Source: Fidelibacterota bacterium
GTDB taxonomy: Bacteria; Fidelibacterota; Marinisomatia; Marinisomatales; Marinisomataceae
DNA: 12,053 bases
Reading direction: 5' to 3'
NCBI GenBank assembly: GCA_018672235.1
Contig: JABHGE010000024.1
Span: 1-12,053, forward strand
The first letter of the stretch is position 1. Every line of letters begins with the position of its first letter. Below, piece by piece: positions 1 through 8,158 of the stretch. The position numbers and the translations under genes were made by a program. Below the pieces are notes generated by a model. That model ran no database searches. It was given only the letters and a program-made list of their open reading frames with translations, and was not told the origin of the DNA.

Positions 1-1
1 T

Positions 2-421
2 AATCCAAGCAATGAGCCGGGTAAAATATCATTAATTTTTCGTTATGGAGAAAATAATATTGAAACACATCTGCCTAAATTAGTAGATGCAATTAATAGT
101 CATAAGAAATCTGTATTATGGATTTCTGATCCAATGCATGGGAATACTGTAAAATCTTCTTCTGGTCTTAAAACGAGAGATTTTTCATCGTTATTAAATG
201 AAACTACAAAAGCGATTCATGTTTTAAAATCTAAAGGATGTCACCTTGGTGGAATTCATCTAGAAATGACAGGTCAAAATGTAACAGAATGCACGGGTGG
301 TATATATAAATTAAGTGATGATGATTTAAATTCTAGATATCACACTCATTGTGATCCCAGATTGAATGCAAATCAAGCATTAGAACTATCATTTAATATT
401 GCAGAGGAAATAGCAAAATAA
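2..421 (+). CDS. Class II (plant/actinobacterial-type) DAHP synthase, 5'-truncated by window edge
   Basis: The frame is open from base 2: NPSNEPGKISLIFRYGE...VLWISDPMHGNT...GGIHLEMTGQNVTECTGG...RYHTHCDPRLNANQALEL. DPMHGNT, GIHLEMTG and CDPRLN are class II DAHP synthase hallmarks. The ORF-track start at 134 is an internal Met. The TAA stop at 419-421 overlaps the aroA ATG. Confidence 0.95.
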   Translation, partial: NPSNEPGKISLIFRYGENNIETHLPKLVDAINSHKKSVLWISDPMHGNTVKSSSGLKTRDFSSLLNETTKAIHVLKSKGCHLGGIHLEMTGQNVTECTGGIYKLSDDDLNSRYHTHCDPRLNANQALELSFNIAEEIAK

Positions 422-1671
422 TGATTATTAATTCTACTATTTCATTACCAGGAGATAAATCAATTTCGCATCGATCAATTATGCTAGCTTCCATTGCAAG
501 TGGAGTAAGTTGTATTACAAATTTAAATGATGGAGAAGACTTACAATCTACCATTAAAGCAATGCAATCATGTGGAGTATCAATACAAAAAGAGGGTGAT
601 ACTATTCTAGTAAAAGGATCAACTTTAGAAAATCCTATAAAACCAATTGATTGTGGAAATTCTGGTACAACTTCTAGATTATTGGCAGGATTATTATCTT
701 CACAACATCTTTCATTCTCATTAATAGGAGATATATCACTATCTAAAAGACCTATGAATAGGGTTATTAAGCCATTAACTGAAATGGGATGTATGATTAG
801 ATCAAATGATGGATTATTACCATTACACATCGATGCATCGAAGGGTTTAGATAGAATTAACTATAAAATGCCTATTGCAAGCGCTCAAGTCAAGTCAGCC
901 ATATTGTTAGCTGGTTTGGGGTCAAAAGATTCATGTCTAATAACAGAGTTAAAACATTCTAGGGATCATACAGAGATCATGCTAAAAAGTATGGGAGCTG
1001 ATATTAAAGTAGATGGTGATAATATTGAGGTAAACCCACTTTCGTCTGCTTTACAATCATTTACTATGGATATTCCCGCCGATCCATCATCTGCATCCTT
1101 TTTTATTGCATTAGCAGCTTTATTAAAAGGCTCTAGTCTTACTGTAGAAAATATTTTATTAAACCCTACACGTACTGGCTTTATTGACGTACTTGAAAAA
1201 ATGGGAGTGCAAGGCTTGGTATCTAATCCAAAAATAAATAATGGAGAATCTTGTGGAAATATACAATTTATTGGTTCTGACATTAAAAGCTGCGATGTCC
1301 CAGCGCACATGATTCCATCTATCATCGATGAAATTCCTATCTTAGCAGTAATTGCAGCATTTGCAGAAGGGAAAACTATATTTTATGAAGTAGAAGAATT
1401 GAGATTTAAAGAATGCGATAGATTGGATGCTATTATAAAGAATTTACAATTATTTGGTATCAATGCATATGAAGAGGAAAATAATCTAGTAGTAGAGGGA
1501 GGAAAACCCACAAAGATGGCTAAAATTTTATCTTTTGATGATCATCGTATAGCAATGGCATTTATCATATTAAGTATAGTAGCATTTAAGGAATACCATA
1601 TTGACAATACAGACTGTATTAATATTTCTTTGCCTGGATTTTTTAACATATTGAAGGAGATACAAGAGTGA
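421..1671 (+). CDS. aroA: 3-phosphoshikimate 1-carboxyvinyltransferase (EPSP synthase), class II
   Basis: LPGDKSISHR, DCGNSGTT, SLSKRPM, ASAQVKSA, RDHTE, NPTR, IDEIP, ELRFKECDR and DDHRIAM motifs; 416 aa; operon context. Confidence 0.97.
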   Translation: MIINSTISLPGDKSISHRSIMLASIASGVSCITNLNDGEDLQSTIKAMQSCGVSIQKEGDTILVKGSTLENPIKPIDCGNSGTTSRLLAGLLSSQHLSFSLIGDISLSKRPMNRVIKPLTEMGCMIRSNDGLLPLHIDASKGLDRINYKMPIASAQVKSAILLAGLGSKDSCLITELKHSRDHTEIMLKSMGADIKVDGDNIEVNPLSSALQSFTMDIPADPSSASFFIALAALLKGSSLTVENILLNPTRTGFIDVLEKMGVQGLVSNPKINNGESCGNIQFIGSDIKSCDVPAHMIPSIIDEIPILAVIAAFAEGKTIFYEVEELRFKECDRLDAIIKNLQLFGINAYEEENNLVVEGGKPTKMAKILSFDDHRIAMAFIILSIVAFKEYHIDNTDCINISLPGFFNILKEIQE

Positions 1672-2495
1672 ATCTAGGGTTAATAGGTAGTCCAGTAGAA
1701 AAAAGCATTAGCCCTGAATTGCAAAGAATTCTATTTAAAGAATTAGAATTGGATAATTGTACATATGAAAAACACCATGTTGCATCGGACGATCTACCTT
1801 CTTTCTTTGATAGGTTTAAAAATGGAAAGTTTGATGGAATAAATATCACTATTCCACATAAAGAAACAGGATTAAAATTTTTAGATGAAATTGATGACAA
1901 CGTAAAGTTATTAGGTAATACAAATTGTATTAAAAGAGTAGGAGATATCTTAATAGGATATAATACAGATTTATATGGTTTTAAAATGCTTCTTGAAAAA
2001 AATAATATTAATGTTCATTCAAGTCGCTGTCTTGTATTAGGTGCAGGCGGTTCAGCTAGAACTATTATTAAGGCATTAATTGATCAAGGAGCTGAGTCAA
2101 TTACAATTAAGAACAAGTCAATTGATAATGCATTAGCAATACAACTCTATGCTCAAAAATTAGGTGCTAAAAATATTGAGATTTATACTGAATCTGATGA
2201 CAAATTTGATATTGCAATCAATACAACACCGCTAGGAATGTATCAAGAGCAAGACGATACAAGCTTTTTTGATATTCCAATAGATAAAGATAGCATACTT
2301 ATTGATCTAATTTATATTTCAAATCATACGTTATTTTTAAATCAATACAAAGATCGAGTAAAACAATCAATCAATGGACTAGAAATGCTTATTTTTCAAG
2401 CTATCAAGTCTATTGAAATTTGGACAGAAACTACCTATGATGTGGATCAGAAATTGGATTCCATCAAAAAACAATTGGAGAAAGTAATATGTTAA
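1668..2495 (+). CDS. aroE: Shikimate dehydrogenase
   Basis: GTG start overlapping the aroA TGA (GTGA). Motifs KSISP, NITIPHK, GYNTD, LGAGGSAR, INTTPLG, DLIY and GLEMLIFQA. Confidence 0.95.
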   Translation: MNLGLIGSPVEKSISPELQRILFKELELDNCTYEKHHVASDDLPSFFDRFKNGKFDGINITIPHKETGLKFLDEIDDNVKLLGNTNCIKRVGDILIGYNTDLYGFKMLLEKNNINVHSSRCLVLGAGGSARTIIKALIDQGAESITIKNKSIDNALAIQLYAQKLGAKNIEIYTESDDKFDIAINTTPLGMYQEQDDTSFFDIPIDKDSILIDLIYISNHTLFLNQYKDRVKQSINGLEMLIFQAIKSIEIWTETTYDVDQKLDSIKKQLEKVIC

Positions 2496-3649
2496 AAAAA
2501 ATATCATATATGACTGCGGGAGAATCCCACGGAAAAGGATTAATTGGAATTATTGAAGGCATACCAGCTGGAATGAATATTACAGAAGAGTATATTGAAA
2601 AAGATTTAATTAGAAGAATGCAAGGGCATGGTAGAGGCGGTCGCATGAAGATTGAAAAAGATCATGCAGAAATATTTTCTGGAGTACGCCATGCTATTAC
2701 TTTAGGATCACCGATTTCTCTATTGATTAAGAATTTTGATTGGGTGAACTGGGAGGATAGAATGGCTATTGGAGAGCCAAAAAAAGAGCATAGAAAAGTA
2801 ACAATGCCTCGTCCTGGACATGCAGATTTAGCAGGAGTAATGAAGTATGGATTAGATGATATTAGAAATGTATTAGAGCGTTCTTCTGCAAGAGAAACAG
2901 CAATGCGTGTAGCAATTGGAGCTGTGTGTAGAAAGTTATTAGAAGAGGTAGGTATTACAGTAGGAAGTCGTGTATATCAAATCCATAATGTAGTAGATAG
3001 TACCGCTGTTTCTAATGATATGAGTTTACAAGAATTAAACGATACAGTAGATGCATCACCTGTACGATGTTTTGATAAAGATGCAGAAAAAAAGATGATG
3101 GATGTAATTGATGAAGCTAGAAATAATGGTGACTCTGTTGGAGGCTCTTTTGAGGTAATAGCAAAAGGACTACCATATGGATTAGGAACGTATATCAATG
3201 CAGATGGGAAGCTTCAAGCAAGAATTTCACAAGCTATGATGTCTGTAAATGCATTTAAAGGTGTAGAGCTAGGAGCAGGTTTTGCTTCTTCAGCTGTATT
3301 TGGTAGCGAATTGCATGATGAAATCTTATATGAGCATAGCAAAATAACGCGTGCAAGCAACAATGCTGGAGGTATTGAAGGTGGAATGAGCAATGCTCAG
3401 CCAATTCATGTAAAAGTAAGCATGAAGCCTATTTCAACGCTTATAAAGCCATTACGATCTATCGATTTAAATACTATGGAGCCAAAGTTAGCCCATAAAG
3501 AAAGAACAGATTCTTGCGCTGTACCAGCAGCTTCAATTATTGGTGAATCTATGTTAGCTATTGTTTTAGCAGATGCATTATTAGAAAAATTTGGCGGAGA
3601 CAGCTTAGATCAACTTAAAAAACATATAAAAGCTAGTGGAAAATATTAA
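2489..3649 (+). CDS. aroC: Chorismate synthase
   Basis: TAGESHG, PRPGHAD, ERSSARETAMRVA, GDSVGG, NNAGGIEGGMSN, MKPISTL and ERTDSCAVPAA motifs; long 386 aa form. Confidence 0.98.
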   Translation: MLKKISYMTAGESHGKGLIGIIEGIPAGMNITEEYIEKDLIRRMQGHGRGGRMKIEKDHAEIFSGVRHAITLGSPISLLIKNFDWVNWEDRMAIGEPKKEHRKVTMPRPGHADLAGVMKYGLDDIRNVLERSSARETAMRVAIGAVCRKLLEEVGITVGSRVYQIHNVVDSTAVSNDMSLQELNDTVDASPVRCFDKDAEKKMMDVIDEARNNGDSVGGSFEVIAKGLPYGLGTYINADGKLQARISQAMMSVNAFKGVELGAGFASSAVFGSELHDEILYEHSKITRASNNAGGIEGGMSNAQPIHVKVSMKPISTLIKPLRSIDLNTMEPKLAHKERTDSCAVPAASIIGESMLAIVLADALLEKFGGDSLDQLKKHIKASGKY

Positions 3650-4145
3650 GCAAATTTTCTTAATAGGAATGATGGGATCGGGAAAATCTACTATAGGATC
3701 TATTTTAGCAGATAAGCTTGATTGGACCTTTGTAGATATTGATACAGAACTAGAGAAAGATCATAGTCTTTCAATAGGTGATATGTTCAAAAATGGAGAA
3801 GATAAATTTCGCACTTATGAGACAGAGAAATTAGAAAAAATAGTATTAAAAGATTATATTGTTTGTGCAACAGGTGGGGGTATTGTGTTAGAAGATTCGA
3901 ACTATAGAATTCTAGATCAATCTTTTTGCGTTTATTTAGATACATCACTTGATACTATTCATAAAAGAATTAAAGATGATAATAGCAGACCTTTGTTGTC
4001 GGCAGGAAATAAAAAAGATTTAATAAGGGATATTTTTAATGATAGAGAAGAAAGATATAAATCACTATCCAAGCTTAATGTAAATACGGACAATATAAAT
4101 ATTGATGATACTTGTAAAATGATAATGGAATATATAAATGAATAA
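3636..4145 (+). CDS. aroK: Shikimate kinase
   Basis: GTG start; Walker A GMMGSGKST; FVDID, GEDKFRTYE, ATGGGIV and RPLL lid motifs. Confidence 0.96.
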   Translation: MENIKQIFLIGMMGSGKSTIGSILADKLDWTFVDIDTELEKDHSLSIGDMFKNGEDKFRTYETEKLEKIVLKDYIVCATGGGIVLEDSNYRILDQSFCVYLDTSLDTIHKRIKDDNSRPLLSAGNKKDLIRDIFNDREERYKSLSKLNVNTDNINIDDTCKMIMEYINE

Positions 4146-5205
4146 TACAGTAAAAGTAGATCTTGGAAAAGATAGTTACGATATTATTTTTGATGATAAT
4201 TTTGTGGAATCTGCTATTGCGTTGGTAGCAATTTCTTCGAAGTGTATGTTTATTACTCAGGAAGTAATCTATAAGGAATTTGAAGATAAATTTTCTGTAT
4301 TAAAATCTTTACCAAATGTAGAATTTCATTTTATCGATCAAGGGGAAGAAGCAAAATCAATTGAGACGATAGTAGAAATCTGCGACAAGATGACTGCAAT
4401 GCAATATGATCGCTCTTCCACTATTTTTGCAGTAGGCGGTGGTGTAGTCGGTGATACAGCCGGTTTTGTAGCCTCTATTTTCATGCGAGGCATTAATTAC
4501 ATACAGTATCCTACTACATTATTGGCTATGATTGATTCTTCTATTGGAGGAAAAACTGGCGTAAATCTAAAAAGTGGAAAGAATTTAATAGGTAGAATAC
4601 ATCAACCAAAAGCAGTTATTATTGATACATCTTTTTTATCTACATTACCTGAACGAGAAATAAATGCTTCATTAGCTGAAGCAATTAAATATGGATTTAT
4701 TTATGACAGAGATTTGTTTAACTATATTGTAGAAAATATGTCTGATATTCTCAATAATAAAAATGATACGATTCTTAAAAAAATTATTTTGCGATCCTGT
4801 CAAATTAAGAGCGAAGTGGTAAGTCAAGATGTAGATGAAAATGACTTGAGAATGATTTTAAATTTTGGCCATACTATTGGACATGCTCTTGAAGGTTATT
4901 TTCAGTACAAAACATTGCTTCATGGAGAAGCAATTCTATATGGAATGAAGTGCGCATTATATCTTTCACATACTACTGGTGGTTTGAATAAAAAAGATTA
5001 TAATAAAGGATTAAAAGCCTTATCTGCTTTTACATTGCCTTCTATTGATATTAAAGATAAAGCTGAGATTATTGAGTTTGTCAAAAGAGATAAAAAATTT
5101 AGAGAATCACAAATAAAATTTGTATTAATTCCAGAAATTGGAAAGGCTACTGTTAGTAAAAATATAACATTAAATCATATTGAAGAAAGTTTAGGAGTCT
5201 TATGA
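4138..5205 (+). CDS. aroB: 3-dehydroquinate synthase
   Basis: GEEAKS, GGGVVGD, PTTLLAMIDSSIGGKTG, KNLIG, LAEAIKYG, LNFGHTIGHALE and LLHGEA motifs. Confidence 0.97.
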   Translation: MNNTVKVDLGKDSYDIIFDDNFVESAIALVAISSKCMFITQEVIYKEFEDKFSVLKSLPNVEFHFIDQGEEAKSIETIVEICDKMTAMQYDRSSTIFAVGGGVVGDTAGFVASIFMRGINYIQYPTTLLAMIDSSIGGKTGVNLKSGKNLIGRIHQPKAVIIDTSFLSTLPEREINASLAEAIKYGFIYDRDLFNYIVENMSDILNNKNDTILKKIILRSCQIKSEVVSQDVDENDLRMILNFGHTIGHALEGYFQYKTLLHGEAILYGMKCALYLSHTTGGLNKKDYNKGLKALSAFTLPSIDIKDKAEIIEFVKRDKKFRESQIKFVLIPEIGKATVSKNITLNHIEESLGVL

Positions 5206-5630
5206 ATATCACTATTGTAAATGGTCCTAATTTGAATTTATTAGGAGAAAGAGAGCCTGAAATATATGGTTCTGAATCATTATCAGAGATTAATTCTTGG
5301 ATAGAAAATCATGAAGTATGTACTAGTTTGACCTTAGAATTCTTTCAGTCTAATTCTGAAGGTGCTATTATTGATTTTATTCATTCAAAGCGTAGAGATA
5401 TAGATTATCTTATTATCAATCCAGGCGCATTAACTCATTATTCATACGCATTAAGAGATGCTATTGTCGCAACGCAACTAAAAGCAATTGAAGTACATTT
5501 ATCTGATATTCATAATCGAGAAAATTTTAGAAAAATATCAGTAATAAAGGGTGTTTGTTTGGCTCAATATTATGGCAAAGGTAAGCATGGATATATTACA
5601 GCAATTAAGCATATATTGGAGAAAAAATGA
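5202..5630 (+). CDS. aroQ: Type II 3-dehydroquinate dehydratase
   Basis: NGPNLNLLGEREPEIYG, FQSNSEG, INPGALTHYSYALRDA and EVHLSDIHNRENFR motifs; 142 aa. Confidence 0.97.
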   Translation: MNITIVNGPNLNLLGEREPEIYGSESLSEINSWIENHEVCTSLTLEFFQSNSEGAIIDFIHSKRRDIDYLIINPGALTHYSYALRDAIVATQLKAIEVHLSDIHNRENFRKISVIKGVCLAQYYGKGKHGYITAIKHILEKK

Positions 5631-6202
5631 AGAAGATTGGTATACAAGGAATAGCGGGAAGTTTTAGCGAAGAAGCATCAAAATCTTATTGTAATAAATT
5701 TGATATCAAAGAATTCGAGCTAGATTACTTAGTAACCTCAATGAATGTACTGAATAGCTTAACATCAAAAACGATTGATATTGGCATTTTTGCAATGGAA
5801 AATGCACAAGGAGGCGTTGTAATTGAAAGTGTTGAAGCGCTTGCTAAAAATCAGTGTAAGATTATAGATATGTTCTATGTTGAGATTAGCCAAAATTTAT
5901 TAGCAAAAGATAATATTGCTTTAGGAGATATTGAAGAAATTCATTCTCATGAACAAGCATTAAAGCAGTGTAAAGACTATTTAGCAGAGAAATTTTGGTC
6001 TAAAAAACTTGTGGAAGAGGATGATACTGCTAAAGCAGCACAAGATCTTGCAGAGGGAAGATTTTCAGATAATGTTGCAGTGATTGCAAGTAAAAATTCT
6101 GCAGAGAAATATGGATTGAATATTCTCGAAAGTGATATTCATGATCTAAAGAAAAATTTAACATTATTTTTAGCAGTAGAAAGGATTGATAACAATGAAT
6201 AG
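5627..6202 (+). CDS. pheA: Prephenate dehydratase catalytic domain only (no chorismate mutase or ACT domain)
   Basis: IGIQGIAGSFSEEA, ENAQGG, SHEQALKQC, DTAKAA, AVIAS and YGLNILESDIHD..NLTLF follow the PDT pattern. The protein ends about 10 aa after the T-x-F motif. Confidence 0.88.
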   Translation: MKKIGIQGIAGSFSEEASKSYCNKFDIKEFELDYLVTSMNVLNSLTSKTIDIGIFAMENAQGGVVIESVEALAKNQCKIIDMFYVEISQNLLAKDNIALGDIEEIHSHEQALKQCKDYLAEKFWSKKLVEEDDTAKAAQDLAEGRFSDNVAVIASKNSAEKYGLNILESDIHDLKKNLTLFLAVERIDNNE

Positions 6203-6911
6203 AGTCAGCATTATTGGATTTGGAAGATTTGGAACTATGCTTCATCAATTACTTATTAAAGGATTTGAAGTGGATGTTTATGATATCGAACCTGCAAGTC
6301 AATCAGATATTAATTTTGTGTCTCTCGATGATGTACTAAAAAATGATACAATATTTATTGCAGTACCAATTAGAGATTTTGAAGGATTAATGAGTAGTTT
6401 ATCAAATCAGATAAGTGGTAAAAAGACTATAATAGATGTTTGTTCTGTTAAAGTGCATCCAAAGCAAGCGATGTTAGATCATCTTCCAAATGAGATAGAT
6501 ATCATTGCAACACATCCGTTATTTGGACCTGATTCTCTTGAAGAGAGAGGTTCAATCATGATGATGGAAAAAGTGCGAGATGCTTATGAAAGATATGAGT
6601 TCTGGAAAGCATATTTTGAAAGCCAGAATATTAGAATTGAAGAAATTTCTTCTGAAGAGCATGATATTATGGCAGCACGATCACAAGGATTAACTCATTT
6701 AGTAGGAAGAGTTATTGATGATTTTGGAACACAGAAAACTAATATTGATACGGTCGGCTATAAAGCACTCCATAAGCTTGTTAGTCAGACTTGTAATGAT
6801 TCATGGGAGTTATTTGAGGATATTCAAAAATATAATCCTTATACTAAAAAGATGATTGTAGGATTAAATGAAAGTTTTAAAAAAGTAGTAGAAAGTTTAG
6901 GCAATAATTAA
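6195..6911 (+). CDS. tyrA: TyrA-family prephenate/arogenate dehydrogenase, plant-like subclade, no ACT domain
   Basis: Rossmann IIGFGRFG, IAVP, DVCSVK, THPLFGP and EHDIMAARSQGLTH motifs. ATG 6195 is preferred over TTG 6186 because AAGGA lies at 6181-6185 and the ATGAATAG overlap with the pheA stop matches the aroK/aroB junction. Confidence 0.92.
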   Translation: MNRVSIIGFGRFGTMLHQLLIKGFEVDVYDIEPASQSDINFVSLDDVLKNDTIFIAVPIRDFEGLMSSLSNQISGKKTIIDVCSVKVHPKQAMLDHLPNEIDIIATHPLFGPDSLEERGSIMMMEKVRDAYERYEFWKAYFESQNIRIEEISSEEHDIMAARSQGLTHLVGRVIDDFGTQKTNIDTVGYKALHKLVSQTCNDSWELFEDIQKYNPYTKKMIVGLNESFKKVVESLGNN

Positions 6912-6923
6912 AAGGAGAGAAAA

Positions 6924-7286
6924 ATGAATGATATTTTTAAAAAAGCAGGTGCTGGTTTATTGATTTTAGGAATCAGTTTTTATGCTATAACACAAACAAT
7001 TACAGCATTAATTCCAGGTTTTTTAGGAGGAATAATACTTCTATTGACTTTATTGTCTGATCGTTTCACTAATCAGAGTAGACATTTTGCTCATGTAATT
7101 TTGCTTGTTCTATTTGCTGGAGCAGGGGCTACATATAAATCTGTAATAAGTATATTTGGTTATTTAGTTAGTGGGGATGCTTTATTAAGACCTCTTGCTA
7201 CAATAGAGCAATTTACAGCCTTCATTATATGTTTGAGTGCAATTATCATGGGAATTCAGTCTTTTATAGAGGCAAGAAAAAAATAA
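6924..7286 (+). CDS. Small integral membrane protein (about 4 TM), function unknown
   Basis: AAGGAG SD at about 6912-6917; four hydrophobic segments; ITALIPGFLG motif; basic C-terminus SFIEARKK. Confidence 0.8.
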   Translation: MNDIFKKAGAGLLILGISFYAITQTITALIPGFLGGIILLLTLLSDRFTNQSRHFAHVILLVLFAGAGATYKSVISIFGYLVSGDALLRPLATIEQFTAFIICLSAIIMGIQSFIEARKK

Positions 7287-7290
7287 TCTT

Positions 7291-7322
7291 TTACCTTTTT
7301 AATTTTAAATAGTCATACTTGT
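7291..7322 (+). promoter_or_regulatory. Candidate ECF-type autoregulatory promoter giving a leaderless or near-leaderless mRNA
   Basis: TTACC (7291-7295), an AT-rich spacer and AGTCAT (7311-7316) lie just ahead of ATG 7323, with no SD. This loosely resembles the ECF AAC-N16/17-CGT architecture. Confidence 0.3.
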
Positions 7323-7850
7323 ATGCCTGAAGATCATGATTTAATTAAGCAGTTTAATGATGGCGATCGAAAGGCCTTTGATAAACTTGTTACAAAACAC
7401 ATAGATATGACATATAATTATTATTATTCAATCACTCAAGATCAGTTAGAAGCAGATGATTTGACGCAAAGAGTCTTTATTAAGCTTTATAAATCATTAA
7501 AAAATTTCAGATTTGATGCTGCATTTACTACTTATTTATATCGAATTAAGGTAAATACATTAAATTCATACTTCTTTAAAAATAAATGGCGTTCATTCCT
7601 GCATTTAGATCAAGTACCAGAATTACAAGACTCTGATAAAAATTATGAGAAAAAAGCATTAAGTATAGAACTATGGAATGCTATTAAAACATTACCAAAA
7701 AAACAGAGAAATGTAATGAATCTACGCGTTGCTGAGGGACTATCTTTTAAAGAAGTTGGTGTTATTTTAAATATTTCTGAAGATGCAGCAAAAAACAATT
7801 ATAGTCATGGTGTAAAAACATTACGTAAAATTATGGATACAAATAGATGA
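7323..7850 (+). CDS. ECF-family RNA polymerase sigma-70 factor
   Basis: 175 aa. Region 2: GDRKAFDKLV...EADDLTQRVFIKLYKSLKNFRFDAAFTTYLYRI. Region 4: AIKTLPKKQRNVMNLRVAEGLSFKEVGVILNISE. Confidence 0.93.
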   Translation: MPEDHDLIKQFNDGDRKAFDKLVTKHIDMTYNYYYSITQDQLEADDLTQRVFIKLYKSLKNFRFDAAFTTYLYRIKVNTLNSYFFKNKWRSFLHLDQVPELQDSDKNYEKKALSIELWNAIKTLPKKQRNVMNLRVAEGLSFKEVGVILNISEDAAKNNYSHGVKTLRKIMDTNR

Positions 7851-8158
7851 GTGACCATTTTAGACAGAAGCATTTTAAAACTAATGTATCATTAGATACT
7901 GATGAGTTTTTAGGTAAGCTTAATCATAGGATTGATTCAGAGTCGTCAAATAAACGAAAAACAGGTATTGGATTATTTACTTTAGCTATTGCGATTCTTT
8001 TTTATATTTTCATTCCTATTGGAGTTATTGCTTCAGAAGAAAATTTATATGCTGAAATGGATTATTTAGAAGATTCTAATGATTTAGATGAATTAGACTT
8101 AATTAACATATTTGAAGAAAATAACATAGAGTTTGTAAGTAATAACGAGGAGTTTTAA
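7847..8158 (+). CDS. Putative single-pass anti-sigma factor
   Basis: ATGA overlap with the sigma gene stop. About 38 aa N-terminal soluble part ending KRK, one TM helix (GIGLFTLAIAILFYIFIPIGVIA) and a very acidic C-terminal tail. No HxxxCxxC motif. Confidence 0.65.
   Translation: MSDHFRQKHFKTNVSLDTDEFLGKLNHRIDSESSNKRKTGIGLFTLAIAILFYIFIPIGVIASEENLYAEMDYLEDSNDLDELDLINIFEENNIEFVSNNEEF

Noticed and set aside
393..3198. Minus-strand ORFs 393-830, 966-1325, 1643-1900, 2464-2646 and 2977-3198
   Set aside because: They lie antisense to well-supported aro genes and have no recognisable motifs; typical shadow ORFs.
6030..6248. Minus-strand 72-aa ORF
   Set aside because: Antisense across pheA/tyrA, with no motif or RBS support. 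It does not resemble a chorismate mutase.
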